From a virus (Duplodnaviria; Caudoviricetes), in IMG/VR virus record IMGVR_UViG_2767802057_000001, positions 3,839 to 67,838 of that record: a DNA stretch of 64,000 nucleotides. One strand, written 5' to 3'. Of this stretch, positions 44,488 to 53,648 are shown in pieces; the first letter of the stretch is position 1; every line of letters begins with the position of its first letter. The notes under the pieces are model-generated. The model did no database searches. It had not been told where the DNA came from and worked only from the letters and a program-made list of their open reading frames with translations. A program made the position numbers and the translations under genes.

Positions 44488-44691
44488 ATGACAACTGTGA
44501 TCCATAAGACGCCGGAGCAGTTGCGCAGCCAACGAGACAGGCTGCTCTGCGAGGTCGGCATGTCCTACGAGGAGCTGCGCGACCGGGCCGAGGTGTACAG
44601 CCTGTCGATGGACGAGCTGGACGTGTGGCACACGATCGAGGGCATCGACTACCTTCTCGACGGTGACTGCCGAGGAGACGTCAACGCTTGA
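44488..44691 (+). CDS. Small acidic protein (antitoxin-like position)
   Basis: 67 aa, acidic C-terminus, overlaps next gene by 29 bp. Confidence 0.7.
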   Translation: MTTVIHKTPEQLRSQRDRLLCEVGMSYEELRDRAEVYSLSMDELDVWHTIEGIDYLLDGDCRGDVNA

Positions 44692-45403
44692 CGATCTGGC
44701 GACTACGTTCGCTGATGATCTGACTGCTCTGACGCGGGGTGTCCTTGGGGAGGACACCCCGCGCTTTGCTGCCCTCAATATGGGCCATCGTGTGCGGGTT
44801 TCCCCTATGTCGGCCGATGAGAAGGTTCAGCGGATCCCGGTCTCCGTGAACGGCGAGCCGGTGCTGAGCATCATGGCGCGCTACTACTGCTGCTGGGATG
44901 GCAGCAGCACCTTCATGGCGACTGATCAGGCCGATATCCATGTCCATTACGCTGGGATTTCCGACCCGTTGATCAGGTTTGAGTACGTGCGTCGTAGCAA
45001 GGAACCTCCCGGCGCTCACATCCAGGTGCACGCCCACCGGGATGAGATGGCCTACCTGCTCCGGCTTGCTGATGCCGGGCGTCCCCGCCAGGGCTTCCGG
45101 CAGCGCAAGCTGCCGCGCCTGTCGGAGATGCATCTGCCTGTTGGCGGTCACCGGATGCGGCCGGCGCTTGAGGACGTGCTCCTGTTCCTGAAGCGCGAGT
45201 TCGCCATCGACACGGTTCCTGGATGGCGCGCAGTCATTGATGATCACGTGCAGAACTGGCGGAAGATCCAGTTGATGACGGCCGTAAGGGATGCTCCGGA
45301 GGCCGCTGCCGAGGCGCTGCGCCAGCTCGGTTACAAGGTTGACCCGCCGGTGGTCGTCTCGCCACGGGGAGCGCTGGACGACGTCAAGCTTTACTGGCCG
45401 TGA
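44663..45403 (+). CDS. Hypothetical enzyme-like protein with His motifs
   Basis: IRFEY, HIQVHAH, MHLPVGGHR; more T/A at third positions than flanking phage genes. Confidence 0.75.
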   Translation: MTAEETSTLDDLATTFADDLTALTRGVLGEDTPRFAALNMGHRVRVSPMSADEKVQRIPVSVNGEPVLSIMARYYCCWDGSSTFMATDQADIHVHYAGISDPLIRFEYVRRSKEPPGAHIQVHAHRDEMAYLLRLADAGRPRQGFRQRKLPRLSEMHLPVGGHRMRPALEDVLLFLKREFAIDTVPGWRAVIDDHVQNWRKIQLMTAVRDAPEAAAEALRQLGYKVDPPVVVSPRGALDDVKLYWP

Positions 45404-45458
45404 TGCCAGTAGGCGCGGCAGGAGTCGCACTGGTTGGTGGACTCCTGCCGCTGCCAGG

Positions 45459-45953
45459 TCACGGCTGGTCCCCGGCGTACTTGTCGTTCCAGTGGGCTTT
45501 GTCCTGGGCAGCGGCTTCCCGCACGGTCGGCCCGGTATCGCGGGCGGGTGGGGCGTGGTGGGGGCAGTCGCTGCGTCGCTCCCAGCCGGCGACGTCATCG
45601 ACGGTCTCGTTCGGTCCGCAGTCGCGGGCCGTGCCGCCCCTCCGGGTCCACGGGATGCAGGTGCATTCCTGGCTGCCGAACTGTGCCTCGTTGGCCGGGC
45701 TGGGCTCGTCGGCGGGCGCCGGCTGGTAGAGGGCGGCGCGCCAGCGGGCGACGGTCTTCTCGCTGATCCACCCGGTCTGCAGGCAGGGTTCGCCGGGGTG
45801 TCCCTTGTGGACGAAGTGACGGAGGACTTCGTCGAGGACGCCCGCGAGCTGCTCGGCGCGCTTCCGCTGCTGCTCCCAGTCGTCGGCGGTGGGTGCGGCG
45901 TCGCCTCGACCGCAGGCGGGGCAGTAGCCGGTGATGGAGGGCTGGTCGGTCAT
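45459..45953 (-). CDS. Hypothetical Cys-containing protein
   Basis: AAGGAGA RBS; CPAC and CTC motifs. Confidence 0.6.
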   Translation of the reverse strand: MTDQPSITGYCPACGRGDAAPTADDWEQQRKRAEQLAGVLDEVLRHFVHKGHPGEPCLQTGWISEKTVARWRAALYQPAPADEPSPANEAQFGSQECTCIPWTRRGGTARDCGPNETVDDVAGWERRSDCPHHAPPARDTGPTVREAAAQDKAHWNDKYAGDQP

Positions 45954-46360
45954 GCCGTCTCCTTGCGGTGGTCTTCGAGGCGGGGCACGCCGGCGGTGAG
46001 ATGCTCGGCGCGGTCGGCGGCGGCGAGCAGGGCCATGGCCAGGCGGCGGGCTTCCAGGGGGCTCATGGGGACGAAGTCGAGCTGCCTCTCCCAGTCGTAG
46101 GTCACGTAGGGGTCCGGCTGGGCGACGTAGACGCTCTCGCGGGTCTCCGGGTCGTCGACCGAGCGCACAACCCACAGCGGAGGCCTCATAGCGAAAGGCG
46201 CTTCCTGCGCGACGCGCCACTCGTGTCCGGCCATACCGTGCCCGGGCGGGTTGATGGCGTCGGGCTTGGGGCGCTCGGCGGTGTCGGCAAGGGACACGAG
46301 GTGGGCGAGCTCCCGACGGAGTTGGCCGAGCGTCAGGCCATCACTGTTCGTCTCGCTCAT
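45950..46360 (-). CDS. Hypothetical protein
   Basis: ATGA coupling. Confidence 0.65.
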   Translation of the reverse strand: MSETNSDGLTLGQLRRELAHLVSLADTAERPKPDAINPPGHGMAGHEWRVAQEAPFAMRPPLWVVRSVDDPETRESVYVAQPDPYVTYDWERQLDFVPMSPLEARRLAMALLAAADRAEHLTAGVPRLEDHRKETA

Positions 46361-46659
46361 GCGGCGGTCTCCTGACGGGGGGTGGTGAGTTCGTCGATGC
46401 GGGCTTCGAGCGCCTGGATCACGGCGTCGGCGGCCTCCCGGTGCCGCTGCAGGGCCTGCGTTGTGTCGGTGAGGGTGCGGCGGGTCTTGTCGGCGAGCTG
46501 CTGCTCGGCCCGCACGTACTCGGCGAGGAGTGACGCCTCGGTGGTGGACAGCACGCCGTGGATGGCCCGGTGCAGCAGCACGTCAATGGTGGTTCGGCGC
46601 TGAGCCCGCTCCTGCTGGTTGGCCTTTGGGGCGCGGACGGTGGGGTGCTGGCGCTTCAT
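46357..46659 (-). CDS. Hypothetical coiled-coil protein
   Basis: AAGGAG RBS, TGATG overlap. Confidence 0.6.
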   Translation of the reverse strand: MKRQHPTVRAPKANQQERAQRRTTIDVLLHRAIHGVLSTTEASLLAEYVRAEQQLADKTRRTLTDTTQALQRHREAADAVIQALEARIDELTTPRQETAA

Positions 46660-46817
46660 CAGAGGACTCCTTCCAGGGCGACGTCGACGTCCTCGATCCG
46701 CTGCAGCTCCGAGTCGGGTATCTGCCGGATCAGGTCGAGGTATCCGCCCGGCAGGACGGGGATCGTGTCCGGTTCGGCGGTGTCGCATGGCTCGGGCACG
46801 TACCAGTGGGTGGTCAC
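46659..46817 (-). CDS. Small acidic protein
   Basis: GGGAGG RBS, GTGA overlap (not in ORF track). Confidence 0.5.
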   Translation of the reverse strand: MTTHWYVPEPCDTAEPDTIPVLPGGYLDLIRQIPDSELQRIEDVDVALEGVL

Positions 46818-46993
46818 GGCCGCCTCCCGTCGAGCGGTGGCAGGGGCCGGCCTTCGCGGCGGGCTTTCTCCTCGAGCGCGTCGGCGATCACGCAGGCGGG
46901 GATCAGGCCGCGGAAGCTGAAGAACAGCAGCGCCAGTGCGCGCCGGTTGACGTAGCGGGGCTGCGGGCGGCGCCGCGGCTTCTCAGCGGTCAT
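46814..46993 (-). CDS. Small hypothetical protein
   Basis: ATGA overlap. Confidence 0.5.
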   Translation of the reverse strand: MTAEKPRRRPQPRYVNRRALALLFFSFRGLIPACVIADALEEKARREGRPLPPLDGRRP

Positions 46994-47388
46994 CGGGCAC
47001 CGCCCTGGAACGTCCACCAGCCGTCGTAGCCGGGCGGGATCGCCGGGAAGTTTGCGAGCATCGGGCGCAGGATCGCGAGGTGCTGCTCCTGGACGTCGGG
47101 CACCTCTGCGCCCCAGTAACCCGTGCCGTCCCAGCGGCCGAGGCAGTTGCCGCCATACCGGCCGTCGTCGTGCCGGGCGAGGAACTCCAGCGCATCAGCG
47201 GGTGCGGGCTTCTGGTGGTCCCACAGGGTGCCGATGCAGGCGACGGTCACGCGCTGCTTGCGGCGGAACCAGACGGCGGTCATCCGGCCGTCGAACCAGC
47301 CAGTCTCGGTGTCCTCGCGCAGACGCAGGCTGGACAAGTCGACGGCGTAGGGCTTGCGGGAGATCAGGAATCGGTCTTCGCGGATCAC
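46990..47388 (-). CDS. Hypothetical Trp/Gly-rich protein
   Basis: GAAAGG RBS before GTG. Confidence 0.6.
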   Translation of the reverse strand: MIREDRFLISRKPYAVDLSSLRLREDTETGWFDGRMTAVWFRRKQRVTVACIGTLWDHQKPAPADALEFLARHDDGRYGGNCLGRWDGTGYWGAEVPDVQEQHLAILRPMLANFPAIPPGYDGWWTFQGGAR

Positions 47389-47539
47389 GGTGTTGGGCCT
47401 TTCGGGTGGGCTGGCGCCTGGTGTGGGCGCGGGCGGGGCTGTACGGGCCTGTGCGGCTCTGGGGAGGGGCTGGCGGGGCCTGGAGTCGTCGGGGGCGGCG
47501 ACGGGCGCTACAGCGGGCGCTGAGCGCCCCTCACGGCGG

Positions 47540-47710
47540 TCACGCGGGCGCAGGCCCGGCGGGCTGCCCGCACACGGCCTCATGGGCGGCCAGGTCTTCG
47601 GGCCGGGTCGCGGGGAGTCGGCGGGTACCGCAGCGGCTGCACTCCCAGACGGGGCAGCCGTTCACGTACACCGAGCGGAAGCGGGCGCGGCGGCGGATGC
47701 TGGCGCTCAC
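47540..47710 (-). CDS. Small zinc-finger protein
   Basis: WECSRC...HEAVC; GTGA overlap. Confidence 0.5.
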   Translation of the reverse strand: MSASIRRRARFRSVYVNGCPVWECSRCGTRRLPATRPEDLAAHEAVCGQPAGPAPA

Positions 47711-47979
47711 CGGCCTTCCTCGCTGCCGTCGAAGCCGAGCTGTCCCGGGACCTGCATCACGGGCTCGGGCGGCATCAGCGCGTCGAGGAACGCCTGATGG
47801 GCGATGTCCTCGGCGGCGCAGTAGATCTTGCCGTCGGCGGTCACGGTCCAGCCCTCGCCGCGGGTGCAGTCGCGGGCCTCGGCCAGGTCGCGGAAGTGCG
47901 GGGTGTAGTCGTCGGGCGTGTACTTCTCGCCGCAGACGTCGCAGGCGACGGTGAGGCAGGTGTGAGTCTTGACCGGCAT
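47707..47979 (-). CDS. Small zinc-binding protein
   Basis: CDVCGE...GWTVTADGKIYC; GAAGGAGA RBS. Confidence 0.65.
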   Translation of the reverse strand: MPVKTHTCLTVACDVCGEKYTPDDYTPHFRDLAEARDCTRGEGWTVTADGKIYCAAEDIAHQAFLDALMPPEPVMQVPGQLGFDGSEEGR

Positions 47980-48056
47980 GGTTCTCCTTCGGGGTGTGGT
48001 TGGGTTCGGGGTAGGCAGCCGGCCGCGATAGCCCCGCGGCCGGCTGCCGTGCGCGG

Positions 48057-49025
48057 TCATGCGGCGCCGAAGTCGAGGACGCCTTGCACGAACCGATCCT
48101 TGGCAAGGTCGTGGTACGCCGGGTTGAGGTCGATCCCGACGTACTTCCGGCCGAGCTGGCGGGCCGCGGCTCCGGTCGTGCCCGAGCCACTGAACGGGTC
48201 GAGGACGGTCCCGCCTGGCTTGCAGCCGGCCTTGATACAGCGCAGCGGCAGGTCGATCGGGAACGTCGCGAAATGCGCGGCCGGATAGGGGCGGGTGGGG
48301 ATGTCCCAAACGTCGCCGGGGTTGGATCCGAGGGGGTTCGACGTGCGGTGCAGGGTCGTCGGACCGATTCCGTGGTTCGTTCCTTCAGCGGCGTACCGGT
48401 GATCATGTAGGTGGGCGTTCCGGTCATGCCGGGCGCGCTCCGCCGTGATCGGCAGGCGGACGGCATCAAGGTCGAACCAGTAGTCCTGCTGCTTGGCCAG
48501 TAGGTAGACCTTCTCGTGGCGGCTGGTCAGCCGGTCCTGGGCCTTCTCAGGCATGCCGTTCCGCTTCCACCAGACGTTCTCGTTCCGGAGGATCCATCCG
48601 TCGTCCTGAAGGGCTATGGCGACGCGGGCGGGGATCATCAGGAGGTTCTTCGGCGGCAGTGCCCGGGTGCCGCGGAGGCCCTCGGCGGTGAAGGTTCGAT
48701 CTGCGCGCTGCCCGGTGGCGCCTTGTCGTCCCGCGGATCCGGGCGGGTAGGCGTAGCTGTCGCCGAGGTTGAGCCACAGCGTTCCGTCGTCGGCGAGGAC
48801 GCGCCGCGCTTCGGCGAACAGGGCGCGCATCGTCTCGACGTACTCGGCGGGCGTCGCCTCGAGCCCGTACTGGCCGGGCGTGCCGTAGTCGCGCAGGCCA
48901 AAGTAGGGCGGGCTGGTGACGATGCAGTCGACCGAGCCGTCCGGCAGGGTGCGCAGCTGCTCCAGGGCGTCACCGAGGAGCAGCGTCACCTGCTCGTCCT
49001 GGTAGTAGGCGGGCGGGCTACTCAT
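48057..49025 (-). CDS. DNA N4-cytosine/N6-adenine methyltransferase, beta class
   Basis: IVTSPPY catalytic motif IV before VLDPFSGSGTT motif I. Confidence 0.92.
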   Translation of the reverse strand: MSSPPAYYQDEQVTLLLGDALEQLRTLPDGSVDCIVTSPPYFGLRDYGTPGQYGLEATPAEYVETMRALFAEARRVLADDGTLWLNLGDSYAYPPGSAGRQGATGQRADRTFTAEGLRGTRALPPKNLLMIPARVAIALQDDGWILRNENVWWKRNGMPEKAQDRLTSRHEKVYLLAKQQDYWFDLDAVRLPITAERARHDRNAHLHDHRYAAEGTNHGIGPTTLHRTSNPLGSNPGDVWDIPTRPYPAAHFATFPIDLPLRCIKAGCKPGGTVLDPFSGSGTTGAAARQLGRKYVGIDLNPAYHDLAKDRFVQGVLDFGAA

Positions 49026-49077
49026 GGTCGTCTCCTGTCGGGTGTGGGTTTCGGTTCGGGCGGCCTCCAACACGCCG

Positions 49078-49269
49078 TCACGCGCCCTGCTGGTGGTGCC
49101 ATTCGCCGCAGCGTGGGCAGGCGGCGGGTGTGATCCGGGCGTCGCCGGCGCCGATCGGCAGGGCGGCGAGCGCCAGCCAGCGGGTCGCGTACCGGGGCAG
49201 GCGGGTCGGGCACGGGCGGGGGCGGTTGACGGTGGCGGGCGGGTGGGGCAGCCACCGGCGGCGGGGCAT
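49078..49269 (-). CDS. Small protein with CxxC
   Basis: ACPRCGEWH; TGATG overlap. Confidence 0.5.
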   Translation of the reverse strand: MPRRRWLPHPPATVNRPRPCPTRLPRYATRWLALAALPIGAGDARITPAACPRCGEWHHQQGA

Positions 49270-49541
49270 CAGGCGGCCTCGTCTCGGAGGGCGGCGAGGA
49301 GCCGTTCACGGTTGGCCTGCTGCTGTGCGGGGCTGAGCGGTACGGCGCCGGCGGTGCGGTAGGCGCCGCGTCCGGTGGGCACGGCTTCGGCGTAGATCCG
49401 GCCGAGCTTGTCCGCGGGCGGGAGGCGGAGCGCTTCGCGGACCCTGGCCACGGTGCTGGCGCCGCAGTGCAGCCGGTGGGCGATGGAGGCATTGGTGTGG
49501 CCCTCGCGGATCAGGGCGGCGATGTCGGCACGGACCTTCAC
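49269..49541 (-). CDS. HTH DNA-binding protein
   Basis: GHTNASIAHRLHCGASTVARVR. Confidence 0.7.
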   Translation of the reverse strand: MKVRADIAALIREGHTNASIAHRLHCGASTVARVREALRLPPADKLGRIYAEAVPTGRGAYRTAGAVPLSPAQQQANRERLLAALRDEAA

Positions 49542-49771
49542 GAGTCGACTCCCGTCACGGTGATGGTGAAGCACGAACGGCAGTTGCGGTCCCCGCAGGG
49601 CTGGCCGACTGCGTGTGCGGCACCGATGCGGTCGATCTCGCGGCAGACGTCCGAGTCGTCGCGGATGGCGTCTGCGATGAAGAACGCGAGCTTCCAGGTG
49701 TCGACGTGGCAGTTGATCCGCTGGGCGATCAGGTGGCGGAGTCGGTCATCGGCGGGCGGGTAGGTGCTCAT
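49538..49771 (-). CDS. Hypothetical protein
   Basis: Coupled overlaps; CGDRNCRSC. Confidence 0.55.
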   Translation of the reverse strand: MSTYPPADDRLRHLIAQRINCHVDTWKLAFFIADAIRDDSDVCREIDRIGAAHAVGQPCGDRNCRSCFTITVTGVDS

Positions 49772-50076
49772 GCGGCGGTTTCCTCTGCTTCCTGGTAGCG
49801 GCGGTTGTGGACGGTGGCCCGGGCGCGGCCGTCGTCGTGGCAGGGCGCGGTCGGCGTGACCTGGCATTCGGGGCAGCAGGCGGTGGTCTGCGCCCAGGCG
49901 GAGACCCGCTGCGGGTGCGGCTGGGCGAGGACCGTGTTCCGGGAGCGGACCACGCACGGCCGGTGCGCGGCGGCACCGCAGTGCGGGCACTCGACCGCGC
50001 GGGCCGGATGCTGCTTGGCGCGCAGGCCGTGGCGGATCGACTCCGGCATCGGGGCGGCGGGGCGGCGGGTGGTCAT
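49768..50076 (-). CDS. Zinc-finger protein (two CxxC...C...H units)
   Basis: CPHCGA...C...HPQR and CPECQV...C...HNRR. Confidence 0.75.
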   Translation of the reverse strand: MTTRRPAAPMPESIRHGLRAKQHPARAVECPHCGAAAHRPCVVRSRNTVLAQPHPQRVSAWAQTTACCPECQVTPTAPCHDDGRARATVHNRRYQEAEETAA

Positions 50077-50101
50077 TCGGTCTCCTCGGGTTCGAAGCTG
50101 G

Positions 50102-50863
50102 TCATGACGCCGTCTCGTTGACGATCTCGGCGTCGGGGATCTCCTGGTCTTGCAGTTGCTGGAGGGCGCGGGCGGAGGCGGCCCGGATCCGCTCTTCCTC
50201 GGCGGCCCGCTGCTCGGCTGTCTGCTGCGTCTCCCCGGCGGCCTCGCGGATCCGCGCGGTGTGCGGCTTGGTGAGCGGCCGGCCGAGCGGGAACTTCTTC
50301 GTGGCGTGGCTGGACTTGCAGGGGTGGCCGATCTCCGCTGAGCACATCGGGCAGACGACGCCGAGCGGGCCGGACCGGCGCACCGTGTCGATCAGCTCTG
50401 CGGCCTCGCCGTCCTCGTCGTCGGAGTCGGGCACCGTCCGGTTGCCCTGCCAGCCGCGGGCCTCGAGCTCGGCCATGAACTCCGTCGACGGGCCGCCCTC
50501 GAGCGCCCGGGCGCCGGTGGGGGTGGCTATGCGCCCGGAGGCGATGGCCTGCACCTGGCCGCGGTAGCGGGCGAAGTACTCGCCGACAGTCTCGTCAGGG
50601 ACGGGCTCGTACTGGAAGTTCTCCAGCCGCTCGTTGCGGATCTTCGTGCGGAGGGTGCGGACGTGGTGCGGCAGGATCCACAGCCGCTCGTTCGGGTTCT
50701 GTGGAGGGGTCCGGTAGTACATGGCGACCGCGGCCTTGGCGTCTGCGTCGAGCGGGACGTCCTCGAGGGCGGCGGCCCAAGCCACAGCGGCGGCGGCGGA
50801 CGGGTTGCGGTTGTCGAAGGCGGCGGCGTGGCCGAGGAGTTCGGCGGCCTCGGTCGGGTTCAC
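50102..50863 (-). CDS. Helicase loader/inhibitor-like protein with C-terminal zinc finger
   Basis: AAELLGHAAAFDNR...AWAAAL N-terminus as found downstream of actinophage initiators; CPMC...C...H; GTGA-coupled to initiator. Confidence 0.55.
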   Translation of the reverse strand: MNPTEAAELLGHAAAFDNRNPSAAAAVAWAAALEDVPLDADAKAAVAMYYRTPPQNPNERLWILPHHVRTLRTKIRNERLENFQYEPVPDETVGEYFARYRGQVQAIASGRIATPTGARALEGGPSTEFMAELEARGWQGNRTVPDSDDEDGEAAELIDTVRRSGPLGVVCPMCSAEIGHPCKSSHATKKFPLGRPLTKPHTARIREAAGETQQTAEQRAAEEERIRAASARALQQLQDQEIPDAEIVNETAS

Positions 50864-51711
50864 GCGGAGTCTCCTTGCTCGGCGAGTTGCGCGGCGACAG
50901 CTGCCCAGCCGGCGACCTTCGCGTCGGTGCCGGACAGTTGCTGGCCGGAGGGCAGGGCGATGACGTTGGCGGCGTTGTGCGCCTGGCGGATCTCGGAGAA
51001 GGCGAACTGGAGGGTCCCGGCGCTGACGGGCTTCGAGAGGGAGCCGAGGCGCTCGAGGGCCTGCCACAGCTCGCTGGGGTCTGTCTCGTTGGCGAGAGCG
51101 TCAGCGATGACCTTGCGGACCTGGCGTCGGCTGTAGGAGTTGCCGCGGGCGAAGCGGTTGAGGAAGGCGTCGGTCATCCGGTCTTCGATTGCCCTCTCGT
51201 CCGTCTGCGCGACGGTGGGACTGTCGGACGACTGCCGGGGGGTAGGGGGGTTTCCCTTCCCTTCCCTGTTCCCTTCCTTTCCTTTCCTTTCCTGTGGTGA
51301 GCCCTCACCGAGGTGTGCGTGAGGGCTCAGTGAGTCACTGTTGTGCCTGGTCACAGGGTCGGGAGGGGTCGGATCGCCCTCTTCAGGGGCCGGAAGCTTG
51401 CTGTCCGTCGGACGGTTGATCCTTTGGTGCTCACGCCAGTTCGTGACGGCGATGTACCGCTTCCGATTGAGGGTGTAGCGAGTAATCAGTGAGGACTCAG
51501 TGAGTGCCTTCAGGTCGATCTCGATGTCGGCCGCGGTGCGGTCGTCGAGCGGCCAGACCGCGGCCTTGATGAGGCGGGGGTCGTCGACGCAGCGGCCGGC
51601 GTCGTCGACGTGCGTCCACAAGCCGATGAAGGTGAGCCGCTGCTCCGGCGTGAGGTCAGCGATCGTCAGCGAGGTGAAAAACTCCGGCTTGATCGTCCGG
51701 ATGCGCGCCAT
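50860..51711 (-). CDS. Phage replication initiator (replisome organiser)
   Basis: MARIRTIKPEFF...FIGLWTHVDDAGR, NWREHQRINRP, KGKEGNREGKG linker. Confidence 0.85.
   Translation of the reverse strand: MARIRTIKPEFFTSLTIADLTPEQRLTFIGLWTHVDDAGRCVDDPRLIKAAVWPLDDRTAADIEIDLKALTESSLITRYTLNRKRYIAVTNWREHQRINRPTDSKLPAPEEGDPTPPDPVTRHNSDSLSPHAHLGEGSPQERKGKEGNREGKGNPPTPRQSSDSPTVAQTDERAIEDRMTDAFLNRFARGNSYSRRQVRKVIADALANETDPSELWQALERLGSLSKPVSAGTLQFAFSEIRQAHNAANVIALPSGQQLSGTDAKVAGWAAVAAQLAEQGDSA
51296..51504. repeat. Iteron-like repeats inside initiator gene (candidate origin)
   Basis: TGAG-NN-CTCA at 51298, 51320, 51490; TCAGTGAG at 51327, 51486, 51497; adjacent polypyrimidine tract 51251-51292. Confidence 0.45.
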
Positions 51712-51786
51712 GAGTCGGTCTTCCTTCAGGCGGTGTGGATAGGGGGCGAGGCGGGGCCGCCGCACATGGCGGCCCCGCGGGTTCGA

Positions 51787-52623
51787 CTACTTGGGCTGGG
51801 GGAACTTCTCCGGGTTGGCGCCGCCCGGGGTGAAGCGCAGAAGCCGCAGCTGGCTGCCGTCGCGGTAGGCGTTCCAGGCCTTGATGACGAAGGCGAGGAG
51901 CATGTCCTCGGGCACGCGGCCTGGCTCGTTGCTGATCTCGTAGGCGCGCTTCCGGAGCGTCCAGACAGGGTGGAACTGCTCGAGGTTGGCGCCCGTGCCG
52001 AGCCGGTCGAAGAACCAGTCGGTGTCGTCCTTGTCGATGGCGCTGAACAGCCAGTGCGTGAGTCCGACGACGGAGGAGGGGAGGGCTACCGCCTTGCGCA
52101 GGGAGACGGCGATGCTGGTGGAGTCCTTCAGTTCCGGGTGTTCACCGAGGAAGGTGAGGGTTTCGGCGTTCGTCGGCGGCCGGCTTCCGACGTTGCGGTA
52201 GACGCCCTGCTTCCACATCAGAGCTCGCCGCGTTATGGCGGCCAGCTGGACGGCGTTGGGTACGCCGCGAAGGGTGAGTGCGTCGGCGACCGTGCGCTTG
52301 CGGCCGTCGTCCATCGTTTCCTGCGTGACGATCTCAAGGCCGGTTACGACGAGCATCCGCAGGGTGACGCCAGAGAGGACGATGGCGTGCAGCCGGTGCT
52401 GACCGTCGAGGAGGGTGCCGTCCTTGGCGAACTTGATGGCCTCGCCGTTCTCGGCCCACTTGCCGGCTTCCATGTCGCGGGCGTAGCCGAAGACGGCGTT
52501 CTCCCGAACCTTGCGGTTGTGGGTGTTCTGCTTGAGCCACTTCTCGGCGAGCTTCGGCGTGACCTCGACGACGGTGTACTCGGGCTTCTCCCTGGTGAGT
52601 CCGGGTACGGTGTTCCTAGGCAT
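51787..52623 (-). CDS. ParB/Srx-like N-terminal domain protein
   Basis: VTPKLAEKWL..N.HNR...LLDGQHRLHAI. Confidence 0.8.
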   Translation of the reverse strand: MPRNTVPGLTREKPEYTVVEVTPKLAEKWLKQNTHNRKVRENAVFGYARDMEAGKWAENGEAIKFAKDGTLLDGQHRLHAIVLSGVTLRMLVVTGLEIVTQETMDDGRKRTVADALTLRGVPNAVQLAAITRRALMWKQGVYRNVGSRPPTNAETLTFLGEHPELKDSTSIAVSLRKAVALPSSVVGLTHWLFSAIDKDDTDWFFDRLGTGANLEQFHPVWTLRKRAYEISNEPGRVPEDMLLAFVIKAWNAYRDGSQLRLLRFTPGGANPEKFPQPK

Positions 52624-53351
52624 TACAGCTCCTTTTCGAGGGAGTTGGCGACGTCGGTGAGGGCGTCGCTGATTTTGTGGAGGCTCGTCGCCCACCAGCG
52701 GCGGGCCTCTTCGCTTGCCTCGGCGGCCGGAAGGTTCATGGCGGTGACGAGGCGGGTGGTGTGTTCCAGGGCGCCGAGGAGTTCGGGCACCTGGTGGTGG
52801 GTGTTCTCCCGGTTGCGTGCGAACCGGTCGTCTTCGGTGAGTCGGGCGAGGCGCTCGGCGGCTCGGGTGAGGTCGCGGCCGGCGTCGGTGAACGCCTCGG
52901 GCAGCGGGCGCCGCTTCTGCTTCGGCGGCTCGGGACGGGCGGGTTCGTCGACCAGCTCGGCGTCGACGATCTCCGGCTCGCGGATGACGGTGTACGTCTT
53001 GCCGTCGGTGCCGGTGACCTTCGAGGGCAGGTGTCCAGAATTGGACACCTCGGTGAGTGAGTTGCTCACCGACCCGCGGCTCAGGCCTGTGGCGGACGCG
53101 ATGGCCCGAACGCTCAGACCCGAGTCCCGCAGTGAAGCCACGACTTCCTGCCGCTCCTCACGCGGCAGCCGGAGACGGGTCTCGCCGAATTCGGCGGTGC
53201 AGTAGGCGTCCCAGGTGTCGTAGCCGAGGACCGCCCAGGTACGGCTGGTGTAGGCCTCGCGGATGAGCTGCCAGGTGCCTTCAACGGCGATCTTGATGCG
53301 GTCGGTGAGGGCGCGTGCCTCTTCCTGCGTCGGTAGTGCGATCTCGTTCAC
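52623..53351 (-). CDS. Phage protein with central HTH
   Basis: WAVLGYDTWDAYC; GLSVRAIASATGLSRGSVSN HTH. Confidence 0.75.
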   Translation of the reverse strand: MNEIALPTQEEARALTDRIKIAVEGTWQLIREAYTSRTWAVLGYDTWDAYCTAEFGETRLRLPREERQEVVASLRDSGLSVRAIASATGLSRGSVSNSLTEVSNSGHLPSKVTGTDGKTYTVIREPEIVDAELVDEPARPEPPKQKRRPLPEAFTDAGRDLTRAAERLARLTEDDRFARNRENTHHQVPELLGALEHTTRLVTAMNLPAAEASEEARRWWATSLHKISDALTDVANSLEKEL

Positions 53352-53363
53352 GCGGTCCTCCTT

Positions 53364-53528
53364 TCAGTCCTGTGGGTTGTTGGTGGGGAGGTCGACTTGC
53401 TGGCCGTCGATGTAGTGCCGCCACCAGCCGGGCCGTCCGGGTATCGCGACGGGGGGCCAGTCGGGGGTGGCGGTCACCTCATAGGGCTCCGGTTGGGGCT
53501 CGTCGATGACGAGGCGGAGGTGCCTCAT
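53364..53528 (-). CDS. Small hypothetical protein
   Basis: AGGAG RBS; first gene after promoter. Confidence 0.55.
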   Translation of the reverse strand: MRHLRLVIDEPQPEPYEVTATPDWPPVAIPGRPGWWRHYIDGQQVDLPTNNPQD

Positions 53529-53564
53529 GCGCACTCCTGAGTGGGAAGCGATGTTGCATGAGTG

Positions 53565-53621
53565 AGAATACCGTTCGCGCACGAGATTCGCGACCTCAAT
53601 GCGCGGTCGCGTAGCGCGAAC
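53565..53621. promoter_or_regulatory. Divergent promoter region with nested inverted repeats
   Basis: GTTCGCGC(53573)/GCGCGAAC(53614) and TTCGCGAC/GTCGCGTA; -10 TATTCT on minus strand at 53570-53565. Confidence 0.6.
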
Positions 53622-53648
53622 ACGGAGAGTTGTGCCACCATGTGGGAC

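Noticed and set aside
33225-45403. Independent AICE inserted into the prophage
   Set aside because: No RepSA/RepAM initiator, integrase, excisionase or flanking direct repeats seen in this block; tentative, since the ends could have eroded
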